Below the pieces are notes generated by a model. The model had not been told where the DNA came from and made no database searches. It saw nothing but the letters and a program-made list of their open reading frames with translations. Positions 1 through 9,083 of a DNA stretch of 64,000 bases are shown here, in pieces. The position numbers were made by a program, and so were the translations under genes. Origin of the DNA: Bacillota bacterium (GTDB lineage Bacteria > Bacillota > JAAYKD01); contig OY762825.2 of NCBI GenBank assembly GCA_963666425.2, forward strand, positions 1,152,001 through 1,216,000, given 5' to 3'. The stretch's first letter is position 1. Each line of letters starts with the position of its first letter.

Positions 1-696
1 CGCCGGATAAAACCCCACCCGATAAGCCACTCTTTGCGAAGCGAGGTTGCAGGCATCCACATCGTAGGTCGGTACAAAGCCGCGCTGCAGCAATTCCTGT
101 GTCAAATCGCTGATCAGATAAGCCGCCAATCCCAAGCCCCGGTAGGCGGGCAAGACGGTAATGCCCAGCTGCCTGATCTTATCCCATGGATCGCAAGCGC
201 CTGCCATCGCCACAATCTGACCTTCTTGTTTTGCCAGTAAGACCAATTCAGTTTGATAAGGGTGTTTCCGGTTATAAATCAAAGCGTTGTCAAAACCAGC
301 AAATCCCAGCAGAGAAGGAATTTCATCCTGCTCAATCCATTCATAAGAGAAGCCAACCGGCGCTGTAATTGACTTTAACTTGGACAAATCGGGCAAATAG
401 TGCAGATAATATCCCCTGATGATTGGCAGAGAAAAGATTGTATCTCTGTCCTTGCCTTGCATCAAGGCTTTGGCGATAGCCAGCCGTTCTGCGCTGGCCG
501 ATACCACAATGGATTTGCCCATCGATAAAAGATCAAAGGAGCGTTCGCCGAGCGTCTGTCGCCTGCGGCCGGGGTTCTCTTTTGCTTCGACAAAAATTAC
601 GCTGTCTTGTTCGCCATTCAGATCATCCACTGTGCAATTAAGGTCAATTGCCAATTGGATCTGCAACAAACGCAGCATTTCTTTATGTGACATCAT
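1..696 (-). CDS. GNAT-family acetyltransferase (3' end runs off the window)
   Basis: Hand translation from ATG 696: MMSHKEMLRLLQIQLAIDLNC...QLGITVLPAYRGLGLAAYLI...NLASQRVAYRVGF; acetyl-CoA motif V-L-P-x-Y-R-G-x-G-L-A and N-x-x-S; AAGGA SD; not in ORF track because no stop in window. Confidence 0.85.
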   Translation of the reverse strand, partial: MMSHKEMLRLLQIQLAIDLNCTVDDLNGEQDSVIFVEAKENPGRRRQTLGERSFDLLSMGKSIVVSASAERLAIAKALMQGKDRDTIFSLPIIRGYYLHYLPDLSKLKSITAPVGFSYEWIEQDEIPSLLGFAGFDNALIYNRKHPYQTELVLLAKQEGQIVAMAGACDPWDKIRQLGITVLPAYRGLGLAAYLISDLTQELLQRGFVPTYDVDACNLASQRVAYRVGFYPA

Positions 697-1037
697 CAAG
701 CTACATCCTTCCAAGCAGTTACACCTTGCTTTATGTACAGGATTATACCGTCAATCTCTTTCATTAGTCATATTATACCACAGGGTGAACAGAATTGGAT
801 AGCCATTTTTAACGCAAAAAGGGCTCCTGACGATGCGAGAGCCCTCTCTTTCCTGCTTCATTGCATTCAAATCCAGTTTGAACTTTCCCTCTTTTTTTCT
901 GTTGTTCTCTTGTTATGGATAAAATGTTGGAGCGATACTTCATTGGAAAGCGATAACAGGAGCCATGTGAAAATAAAAGGGCTAACCGATTTATAAAACC
1001 AGTTAGCCACTGAATTTAGTTAGATTCTTGACCTTTT

Positions 1038-1430
1038 CTATTTACTTAGGCAGAGACAAAACGGATGGCCGGCAGGATCGATCATGGTTCTATAGGCATC
1101 CTTGTTATACTGCGTGCTCGCAAGGGATGCTCCGCACGCTAGCGCATAGGAGACAGCCTTGTCTAAATCCGGTACATTGAGATCCAGATGCATCATCTGT
1201 GTTTGTTTTCCCGTTTCCCATGGCCAAACAGGCGGCATATAATCTTCGACCGTCTGGAAGCCGATTGTTTGAGATTTATCCGGCGATTGAATCGCTGCCC
1301 ATTCTTCGCCATCGTAAAATTTCACCCAATTCAATAGCTTCGCATAGAAATCCGCCAAGGCACTGGAATTACCACTATCGATACAGATAGATCCCATAGA
1401 AATAAGCGATTGTTCCTGGCTCATGATCAT
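1038..1430 (-). CDS. VOC/glyoxalase-like family protein
   Basis: IDS..ALADFYAKLL, PPVWP..QMMHLDL, DPAGHPFCL motifs; start moved to MIM after AAGGAG SD. Confidence 0.85.
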   Translation of the reverse strand: MIMSQEQSLISMGSICIDSGNSSALADFYAKLLNWVKFYDGEEWAAIQSPDKSQTIGFQTVEDYMPPVWPWETGKQTQMMHLDLNVPDLDKAVSYALACGASLASTQYNKDAYRTMIDPAGHPFCLCLSK

Positions 1431-1579
1431 CCAACTCCTTTTTTTGTTTTTATAAATAATCTTATACTTAAAATCAGGACAGCCCAAAGCTCGATTATTC
1501 TTCATTTGGAGTGAAGCCAGCCTGATTCAGTATAGCGGTCCACTAGGGAGTGGTGCTTCTGTTTTTGTTTTTCACGCTA

Positions 1580-2161
1580 CTACTCGAGTTTCTTCTTTAT
1601 GCTTTCCATCGGATTCAGATTCAGATTCAGGCGTTCAATTATCTCGTTCAGCCGTTTTTGTTTGCCTTCTTCTGTTTTTGTGTAGACATACGATGCTGTA
1701 TAAGTTCTGCGCATCGAGCGTGGCATCTTTTCAAAATTCACCCAGGCAGTCTCATAAGGTTTCAGCAAAGCCGAGATTTCGCGGATCTGCTCTTCGGTTA
1801 TCGGATCCGCTTTTGGAGGATTCCAATTCCCGTTATGTTTTGAAATCTCAATTTTCGCCCTACCGAAATCGGTCATTAGGGCTTGGGCTTCGAGTGCCTC
1901 TACAAGGGCTTTATTTTTCTCCGACCATTTACTCGTTTTGCTGCGTTGCTTGAAATACATGATGTATGTCTCAGCATCTACACTCTGCATCTGTCCGTTG
2001 ATCCAACCAAAACATAACGCTTCCTCCAGCGCTTCGGCGGCTTTGATTGATTCGCTATTTTTACTCTTGTTAAAGATCAGCCAGATGCCGTCAGTAGACA
2101 GCGCATTTTCTTGCAGCCAGTCTCTGAATTCTGTCCGGTTCTTAAACAATCGATTATTCAT
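1580..2161 (-). CDS. YdeI/OmpD-associated family protein
   Basis: FRDWL, EALCFGWING, SKWSEKNK, KTEEGKQKRL motifs; start at MNNRLF overlapping upstream stop. Confidence 0.85.
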   Translation of the reverse strand: MNNRLFKNRTEFRDWLQENALSTDGIWLIFNKSKNSESIKAAEALEEALCFGWINGQMQSVDAETYIMYFKQRSKTSKWSEKNKALVEALEAQALMTDFGRAKIEISKHNGNWNPPKADPITEEQIREISALLKPYETAWVNFEKMPRSMRRTYTASYVYTKTEEGKQKRLNEIIERLNLNLNPMESIKKKLE

Positions 2162-2591
2162 GATGACCCTCGAGTTGGTCGAGTGTGAAAGCACCTCCGC
2201 CCGGTCCGTAATGGAAACCGGTCTTGGCGGTGAACTTCAAAACACAGTAATCTGGATCGGTAACGCCTTTGGGGTAATATCTTTCGAATCCTTCGCGCCA
2301 GAGAAAATCTTTCGTTGGCTGATCGGTGCAGATCTGTATCTCACCTGCGAACAAAACACTAATATAATCTTCATGTCGGCAATAATAAACCGAAGCCTTG
2401 GGATTATTCATAAAATATCTGATTTTTCTGGAAGAGGTATTCGTTGAGAAGTACTGCGTCCTCAGGCTGTCGTGCTCAAGGACGAGCATGGCCCGCATGA
2501 CTGGATAACCCTCATCGTTGATAGAAGCCAAATAGGCGATGTCGCTGTTTTTTCTTAATTCCTTTACGGTTGACTTTGCATCTTCAGTCAT
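2154..2591 (-). CDS. Pyridoxamine 5'-phosphate oxidase-like flavin-binding protein
   Basis: LASINDEGYPVMRAM, FSTNTSSRK, NPKASVY, YYPKGVTDPDYCVLKF. Confidence 0.85.
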   Translation of the reverse strand: MTEDAKSTVKELRKNSDIAYLASINDEGYPVMRAMLVLEHDSLRTQYFSTNTSSRKIRYFMNNPKASVYYCRHEDYISVLFAGEIQICTDQPTKDFLWREGFERYYPKGVTDPDYCVLKFTAKTGFHYGPGGGAFTLDQLEGHHE

Positions 2592-2593
2592 AT

Positions 2594-3034
2594 CTAGCTC
2601 TCACTTTCATTAAGATTTATTAAGATACGCCTTAGCGTATTCTCAAAAACAAGTATCTCATCATCTGTGAACCCGGTGTAATAGATCGCATTCATTGCTT
2701 TGGACACGTTATCATATTCGCCGCTTAACAATCGCGCCTGTTCGGTAAGCAGAATGCGTATCTGCCTTCTATCATCTTTGTCAAAAACCCGATTGACCAG
2801 CTTCGCTTGTTCCATACGGTCGAGCATACTGGTAAGAGTTGTTTTTGCCAAACCTGTTTTCCTTGAAAGCTCCGCGATTGGAATGTTGTCTTGCTGCCAT
2901 AAAACATACAGGATACGGCCCTGCGCTCCATTGAACGCATCGATTCCGGCACGGTTCAGCAGCTTTTCAAATATTCTTCCGCTGACTTGCCTGATCTGAG
3001 AGATCAAAAACCCACCATTCGTTTCAGAAACCAA
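2594..3034 (-). CDS. MarR-family transcriptional regulator
   Basis: wHTH ELSRKTGLAKTTLTSMLDRME..DDRRQIRILLT. Confidence 0.9.
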   Translation of the reverse strand: MVSETNGGFLISQIRQVSGRIFEKLLNRAGIDAFNGAQGRILYVLWQQDNIPIAELSRKTGLAKTTLTSMLDRMEQAKLVNRVFDKDDRRQIRILLTEQARLLSGEYDNVSKAMNAIYYTGFTDDEILVFENTLRRILINLNESES

Positions 3035-3055
3035 ATCAACACCACCTTAGATGAA

Positions 3056-3084
3056 ATAATACCATATAGTACTATTAATGTCAA
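3056..3084 (-). promoter_or_regulatory. sigmaA promoter of marR operon with internal palindrome (putative MarR operator)
   Basis: TTGACA-17 nt-TATTAT on minus strand; perfect palindrome ATAGTACTAT at 3066-3075 in the spacer. Confidence 0.7.
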
Positions 3085-3126
3085 TACCTTAATTTATGAT
3101 TTAGTTATAAAAAATTAAAAAAATCA

Positions 3127-3163
3127 CGGCTCTGCTGATTCCATACAGAAATCAGCAGAGCCG
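3127..3163 (-). terminator. Rho-independent terminator after hsdR
   Basis: 14-bp perfect stem CGGCTCTGCTGATT/AATCAGCAGAGCCG followed by a T-run on the minus strand. Confidence 0.7.
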
Positions 3164-3232
3164 CTTGGCACATATGTTTAGGATTGGTTCGGTGATTTAA
3201 GGAAAGGGAGATTATCCAAGGTCATTTCACTT

Positions 3233-6200
3233 TTATGCTGCTACTGCATTTGCGTTGACTCGCTCAATCGCTTTTCGAATTCCTGCCCAAACAGAAAGAT
3301 TTTTAAACACTTCAACAATGCTGCCGCGATCCGTAAAAGGTGATTCCTGCAAAACAGACAGATCTTTCATCAAACCATTATGCACAATGTATTCAACGAT
3401 CTGGTTGACGAAATAGATTTGTCGGCTGTCCAGATTTGCGGTATTGAGATATTCCGCAAATGCTGTCTTGGCTGCATTGCTATCGAGACCGACGATCTCA
3501 CGTACAAATTCTCCCAAGGGCTTTTGACCACATTCCGTTTCATAATCCTGCTTTGTGCCCACCTCGCTCCAGAGGATTTTTTCCAAAGCTTTGACATCTT
3601 CTTTTGTAAGCGGAACATTGGTTTTTAGTTTGGCAATGGCAGCATTGTCCTGATGTTTCCGGATATAAAATTCTGCTTTTGCTTTGTAATTCCTGAGATC
3701 ATCATTCTCCAAATCGGATTCATGCCAGTCTGTTGATAAAATCTCATCCGCAAAATTGGTGGTGTATCTCATATCGCTGTGCGGAATATACTTCATCAGC
3801 CCGCGCAGATTTTCACGAATATGTTCAAACTCATTGATCCCGGCATTTTCCAGATAATCTGTATGCAAAATTTGATGAATCAACTCTGCCTGTGCCCTAA
3901 TCTCGGGAATATTTGCTACACCAGCGACACCGTTGATCCGTTTGAGAAGGTCGCTACGAGCACGAGTGTAATTTTTACCGACCAGATAAGCAAGCTCAAT
4001 TCCATAGATCAGCGCGTCGAAGCGGACGGCGCTTGCTTCATCTTCGTCCGGCAGGATCAACGGGGCCATTTCATTACCAACGATCAAGGTATCTTCATAG
4101 CAAAATGCATCATAGCTTTTTGGTTCGGAATACTGCTCCACAGACTTCAAATGCTGCTTGATCGCGAAATTTTCACGGTTCAATTCCTGTGCCTTGCGTA
4201 CCATGTCGTCTACTAAGCTTTTGCGGAAGGGAATCAATTCTTTCGTCTGGAAAGCAATGTCCTGCAGTTTGAAAACAATCTGCATTTTCAATTGATAAAT
4301 TGCACCCTGCAACGCCAGCATATTGGCTGTAGGCCGCCCTTTATTCATCCGGAAGAATTCAAAGTTGCCGCAGAAATCAAAAATATAAAACTTCTGCTTA
4401 TCTTCTCCATCCAAAAGACCCGGACAGAGACGGGTTCCGCGGCCGATCATCTGCCAGAACTTTGCCTTGCTCATCACCTTTTTGAAAAATACGAGGTTCA
4501 GAATCTCCGGAATATCAATACCGGTATCCAGCATATCTACCGAAATAGCGATCTGCGGCAGTTTGTTCGGCTCGGAAAATTCGTCGATAGCACTCTGTGC
4601 ATACGTCATGTAGTTATCGATAACCTTGGCATAACCGAACAAATTTGGGTACTCCTTACCGAAAATCTCATAAATCTTTTCGGCATGCAGGTGATTCTTG
4701 GCAAAAATGATCGTCTTGCCCAGCTTTTCCCCGTAGTTGATCTTGATTCCATCTGTCATCAGAACCTGTATTACCTGCCGGATAGTATCCTCATTGAAAA
4801 TCCACTCATTCAGGGCTGAGGAAGCAATCGATTCCGGCACTTCGCCGTTTTCATCCTCAAAAGTGTCCTCATAAATTGCCTTGTCTTGCTCGGAAAGATC
4901 ATCGTAGACGATACCCTGCTCGATGAATTTCAATTTCGTCTCCACAGACAGAAAATCCACCAGATAGCCATCGCTGACCGCCTGTGCCAACTCGTAGCCG
5001 TAGGTTGGCACACCATTTTCCAACTCGAATATTTCATAGGTGTTTTTTTCGATATCAATTTTTGGTGTTGCAGTAAGGCCCACCAACGGTGCATCAAAAT
5101 AAGTGAAAATATCACGGTATTTGTTATAGATGGAGCGGTGTGCCTCGTCACAGATCACCAGATCGAAGTGCCCGCAGGTGAAAAGCTTGCCCTCGTCATC
5201 CTTTACAGAGTCAATACAGTTCATCATCGTCTGATAAGTAGAAAAAACGCAGTGGGCGCTGTAATTGTCTTTTTCCTCGCAGAGATTGGTGAGAGACAGA
5301 TCGGGAAGGTAATTGACGAAATTGCGTTTGGCTTGTGTGACCAACGAATTGCGGTCGGCGAGAAACAGGATGTTTTTAATCCAGCCATGCTGCAGCAGCA
5401 CGTCGCACAAAGCAATGACCGTTCTCGTCTTGCCGGAACCGGTGGCCATCACCAGCAGCGCCTTGCGGCGATTGCGTGCGTCAAAGCTGTCGCAAATGGC
5501 CTTGATGGCTGCTTCCTCGTAATAGCGCCCGGCGATGTTCTTATTGACCATTACATACGCGAGACGAGTCCGCAATGACCGTAAATTGAACAATTTTTCC
5601 AGATCACGCTTGGAGTAGATACATGCAACTTTTCGCTCCGGATATAGGTTGTCAACAATACGCGTTTCAAAACCGTTGGTGAGAAAGACAATCGGGCGAC
5701 GGTGATATTTCTGTTCTAATAAATCGGCATAAAGTTTTGCTTGCTGGCGGCCCTTGGCAACATCCACGCACGTACGTTTTGCTTCCACCACCGCAAGCGG
5801 TCTTCCATCGTCTCCATAGAGCACATAATCGGCATAACCTATTTCAGACCAGTTTGGCATGCCGGGCAATTCAACTTCGCTCAGCCAATCATGGCCTTCC
5901 GTCCAACCCGCATCCGCCAGCATGGCATCGATATAGATTTTGCGTGTCTTATATTCTGAAAGCTCCAGCGGCTTGGGCACATAAGTTTGCTGCTGTTCCT
6001 CCCGACGGGCTGTCAGCTCTTCTTTCAGCGCTTTGTTTTCGGCGATGAGTGCTTTCAGATCAACCTCCGGTACTTCAAGAAGAGGAGGTGTAACCATGGC
6101 CGGTTCCGTCTGCAGAAGTGCGGCATCAAACTTACCTTCCACGTAATCTTTTCCATAGCAGTAAGCGACAAAATCAAGGAAAACATACAGGTTTTCCAGG

Positions 6201-6529
6201 CACAGGGCTGCTTGCTCAAGTGTTACCTTTTTACCGCTGTGGACGGCGTTATTGCCCATTTTGCGGATGAAATCCATGCGCCGCCAAATATCGATGCCCA
6301 CAACATCATGGAATTCTTCCGCATTCATCAGATTGACCAACGTATCTTGATACGGCATGACAAGGCTGCCGTCCACGGAATACATCCATTTGACGGCAAA
6401 CTCCATCGCGCGGCGGCAGTTGATAATACTTGCCTCCACATCAAGTTGCAGGATTCGTTCTGCCGACACCGCTACATCCGCAAAGGAGGCAAACTGCGGG
6501 TCGGAGTGAAGAAAATCAAAGTTGGTCAT
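3233..6529 (-). CDS. hsdR: Type I restriction enzyme R subunit (DUF4145-like N-term, EcoEI-type C-term)
   Basis: ADYVL..VEAK nuclease motif, MATGSGKT Walker A, DEAH, LTATP, QMIGRGTR. Confidence 0.95.
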   Translation of the reverse strand: MTNFDFLHSDPQFASFADVAVSAERILQLDVEASIINCRRAMEFAVKWMYSVDGSLVMPYQDTLVNLMNAEEFHDVVGIDIWRRMDFIRKMGNNAVHSGKKVTLEQAALCLENLYVFLDFVAYCYGKDYVEGKFDAALLQTEPAMVTPPLLEVPEVDLKALIAENKALKEELTARREEQQQTYVPKPLELSEYKTRKIYIDAMLADAGWTEGHDWLSEVELPGMPNWSEIGYADYVLYGDDGRPLAVVEAKRTCVDVAKGRQQAKLYADLLEQKYHRRPIVFLTNGFETRIVDNLYPERKVACIYSKRDLEKLFNLRSLRTRLAYVMVNKNIAGRYYEEAAIKAICDSFDARNRRKALLVMATGSGKTRTVIALCDVLLQHGWIKNILFLADRNSLVTQAKRNFVNYLPDLSLTNLCEEKDNYSAHCVFSTYQTMMNCIDSVKDDEGKLFTCGHFDLVICDEAHRSIYNKYRDIFTYFDAPLVGLTATPKIDIEKNTYEIFELENGVPTYGYELAQAVSDGYLVDFLSVETKLKFIEQGIVYDDLSEQDKAIYEDTFEDENGEVPESIASSALNEWIFNEDTIRQVIQVLMTDGIKINYGEKLGKTIIFAKNHLHAEKIYEIFGKEYPNLFGYAKVIDNYMTYAQSAIDEFSEPNKLPQIAISVDMLDTGIDIPEILNLVFFKKVMSKAKFWQMIGRGTRLCPGLLDGEDKQKFYIFDFCGNFEFFRMNKGRPTANMLALQGAIYQLKMQIVFKLQDIAFQTKELIPFRKSLVDDMVRKAQELNRENFAIKQHLKSVEQYSEPKSYDAFCYEDTLIVGNEMAPLILPDEDEASAVRFDALIYGIELAYLVGKNYTRARSDLLKRINGVAGVANIPEIRAQAELIHQILHTDYLENAGINEFEHIRENLRGLMKYIPHSDMRYTTNFADEILSTDWHESDLENDDLRNYKAKAEFYIRKHQDNAAIAKLKTNVPLTKEDVKALEKILWSEVGTKQDYETECGQKPLGEFVREIVGLDSNAAKTAFAEYLNTANLDSRQIYFVNQIVEYIVHNGLMKDLSVLQESPFTDRGSIVEVFKNLSVWAGIRKAIERVNANAVAA

Positions 6530-6541
6530 GACAAAGTTACC

Positions 6542-7072
6542 TCAATCTTTCAAGAAAAAATCAGGATTATCGTTAAATGCAGTTATTAACCAAGGCTGAG
6601 CATTAAATCCGACAATCATTTCCTTGGTGAATGGATCGATATCCGTTATTTGTCCTGGTTGATATATATAACCTATCTGAGTTAAATATAATGCATTACC
6701 ATCATTCATATCCAGACGAATTTGTTTATGATCATTCAATAAAAGCTGCCTTATGTATTCTTTTTGTTTATTGTCTAGAGATTTGAACATCTTCTTAAAT
6801 GATCTTATGGTTCTACACCGCTTTAGCCGTTTTGAACCAGAAGAAATGAGAATTTGGAGAACAATAATAAGCGTGAGAAATACACAAAACAAAAACAACA
6901 CCGAAATACACAACATCCAGTTTTCCGGTATATTGGCAAGATGCAACCTTTGGAGCATATCTTCAGGCATGAACAGTATAAAGCTTGACACGATACCAAT
7001 AGAAACAACAACTGGACTTATTTTTTTCAAATGTTCAAATAACTTATCAAGATGAACATCTATTTTCAACAC
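6542..7072 (-). CDS. Two-TM membrane protein resembling superinfection exclusion B (SieB) family
   Basis: Two N-terminal hydrophobic helices (ILFMPEDMLQRLHL between them), basic linker, then SLDNKQKEYI..LDMNDGNALYLTQIGYI wHTH-like tail; GGAGG SD; AT-rich. Confidence 0.6.
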   Translation of the reverse strand: MLKIDVHLDKLFEHLKKISPVVVSIGIVSSFILFMPEDMLQRLHLANIPENWMLCISVLFLFCVFLTLIIVLQILISSGSKRLKRCRTIRSFKKMFKSLDNKQKEYIRQLLLNDHKQIRLDMNDGNALYLTQIGYIYQPGQITDIDPFTKEMIVGFNAQPWLITAFNDNPDFFLKD

Positions 7073-7092
7073 AATTGCCTCCCCAAAACATT

Positions 7093-7155
7093 CTAAATCT
7101 GTGATTTCAGTATCATGCGAACTTCAGAATGGATTAAAAAATCAAAATTGGTCAT
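7093..7155 (-). pseudogene. Remnant duplicate of the hsdR 5' end (MTNFDFLIHSE...)
   Basis: AAGGTG SD then ATGACCAATTTTGATTTTTTA versus hsdR ATGACCAACTTTGATTTTCTT; first 7 aa identical. Confidence 0.7.
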
Positions 7156-7173
7156 GTCAGCACCTTGTCAGTA

Positions 7174-7908
7174 TTAGAAAATGGTTTTTATTACTTGTTC
7201 CGTTCCGCTAATTAACTCTTCAACCTCATCCTTATTGGGTTCTCGTTCTTTGCTGTGATCGCACAGATTTCGAATATCTCCCAATCTTTGTACTCTTCTC
7301 CATTCAACTGTATCGTATACATTATCTTTTAATGCATCATTGAAATCAGTTATTGTTGGATTCTTTTTTTTAGTAACAATCTCTCTAGTATGACACACTC
7401 CAGAAAAATGCTTTTCTAATACTACTCCACATATTGCACCAGCAGCTCTAAGAAAGCCCATTTTGAGCAGATGCTTTGCCGTTTCAATTTCCGAGTCGAA
7501 AATATCAGCTTGGAGTACTACTTGTATACTGTAAATCTTGCTATCGAATTTATCTAAACATGCTTGCAGCATTTTCACCTGTCGAAGCACATTAAGTGCT
7601 GCTGTCCACGGTCCATATAAGTCCCTTGTATGATGGATTCCCCGTAATGCATCTGAAATACTGTATGTCCCAAAATTAATCTCTTTCCGTTTAGGATTAG
7701 AATAAAGCAGTATAAAATCTTGAGTACGGTCTGGAATTAGCTGTTTTATAAGAACCAGTGCTTTTGTATACCATTCTTCATAATTCAAAATAAAAAAGCC
7801 AAAATCCTTACACTTAGATTTATCAATTCTTTCAAGCGAATAGTAAAGCTTATCTCCATGATCAATTAACTTCTGGATTTCATTTTTTAGCTCGGTATAT
7901 TCTTTCAT
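7174..7908 (-). CDS. HEPN/DUF4145-like domain protein (putative RNase effector)
   Basis: C-terminal AKHLLK..LRAAGAICGVVLEKH and RNLCDH (RxxxxH) motif; AT-rich. Confidence 0.65.
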   Translation of the reverse strand: MKEYTELKNEIQKLIDHGDKLYYSLERIDKSKCKDFGFFILNYEEWYTKALVLIKQLIPDRTQDFILLYSNPKRKEINFGTYSISDALRGIHHTRDLYGPWTAALNVLRQVKMLQACLDKFDSKIYSIQVVLQADIFDSEIETAKHLLKMGFLRAAGAICGVVLEKHFSGVCHTREIVTKKKNPTITDFNDALKDNVYDTVEWRRVQRLGDIRNLCDHSKEREPNKDEVEELISGTEQVIKTIF

Positions 7909-7919
7909 GCGTTCTCACC

Positions 7920-9083
7920 TCACCCAAAATACTGTTGCATGAGTGCTTTTTTTAGTGTCTCAAGCTTTTCCAGGCTCATTTGAATTTCAAGTTTTGATTT
8001 GTCGATTTGTTTGACGAAGTCAGAAAATTGCTCTTGTAGTCCCAACGGAGGTAGAATAATCATGTAGTCTTCAATTTGTGCGCTGCTTACATTTGGTTGA
8101 AGCGAATTACCACTCATTCTATCTACATAATCCTTAAAGTCATCAGTTCTACACAGAACTTCAAGAAATATTGGCGTAATGCCTCTTTTCATTTGAAATC
8201 TTCCAACTCGTTGATTCAATAAGCATGGCAAATCTCTGCTTGAAACTTTTGCAATTTTCACTGAATTAAGTGACTTAATTATAGGACGAGTCATTGCCAT
8301 AACTAAATCGCCATCTTGCAATGCAAATTCTTGATACTTTGTGAGATATTCCTGCGGTACAGAATTGACAACGTCCCAATTAATAAAATCCTTGTTCACA
8401 TTGCCAATTTGAACGAGTGGAACACCTTCGTCAACAAAAGCCTTACTCATAAAAGCATATCCGCCTTGCAGTCTTGCATAATCACCCAACTGAACTACAG
8501 GATAATCAAATTGATTATTATTTACCGTACCGAAAATCTCGACAAACCGGGATTTGATGAGGTCTTCCAGTTTAGCAAGCTGTTGCTTGCGGAGGGAAAT
8601 GAGATTGATTATTTTTCTAAATGCAGCAGCGATTCTCTTCTGTTCATCCAAAGGTGGAAGTGGTATTTCGATGTTTTCAACAATACCTTTTGATATTTCT
8701 TTGAATGTGGCTCCGCGTCCTAATGAGTTAAGACAATCCGTGTTCCCTTTCAGGAAAAAATACAAATACTCATTAAAAACACGATCTGAGCAAATTAGGT
8801 TTTTGAAGCCTTGATTGCAGCACATTTTGCATCCTGCTATAGCCGTTTTTCCAATAGGAGCGCGGGAAGATAAAATCACGGTTCCCGCAGGAAATGGGTG
8901 TAGCCCTGTTTTTCTCTTTCCTTCTTCTGTAATATGGCGTGAAGAGTCAAAAATGTAAAACGAATCATCTGATAATTCAGCGGGCGTAATCCATTTTATA
9001 TCTCCATCCCAGTATTCATTCATGTTCGTTTTTGGAGTAGAGCCAGATATGACCTTACATACATCCCCCAATTTCGCCATCAT
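7920..9083 (-). CDS. hsdS: Type I R-M specificity subunit (two TRDs)
   Basis: KLGDVC, IPLPPLDEQKRI, LPPLGLQEQF, KKALMQQYFG conserved regions. Confidence 0.95.
   Translation of the reverse strand: MMAKLGDVCKVISGSTPKTNMNEYWDGDIKWITPAELSDDSFYIFDSSRHITEEGKRKTGLHPFPAGTVILSSRAPIGKTAIAGCKMCCNQGFKNLICSDRVFNEYLYFFLKGNTDCLNSLGRGATFKEISKGIVENIEIPLPPLDEQKRIAAAFRKIINLISLRKQQLAKLEDLIKSRFVEIFGTVNNNQFDYPVVQLGDYARLQGGYAFMSKAFVDEGVPLVQIGNVNKDFINWDVVNSVPQEYLTKYQEFALQDGDLVMAMTRPIIKSLNSVKIAKVSSRDLPCLLNQRVGRFQMKRGITPIFLEVLCRTDDFKDYVDRMSGNSLQPNVSSAQIEDYMIILPPLGLQEQFSDFVKQIDKSKLEIQMSLEKLETLKKALMQQYFG

Noticed and set aside
7920-9083. Phase-variable hsdS shuffling
   Set aside because: Single hsdS, with no silent copies, inverted repeats, adjacent recombinase or simple-sequence tract seen
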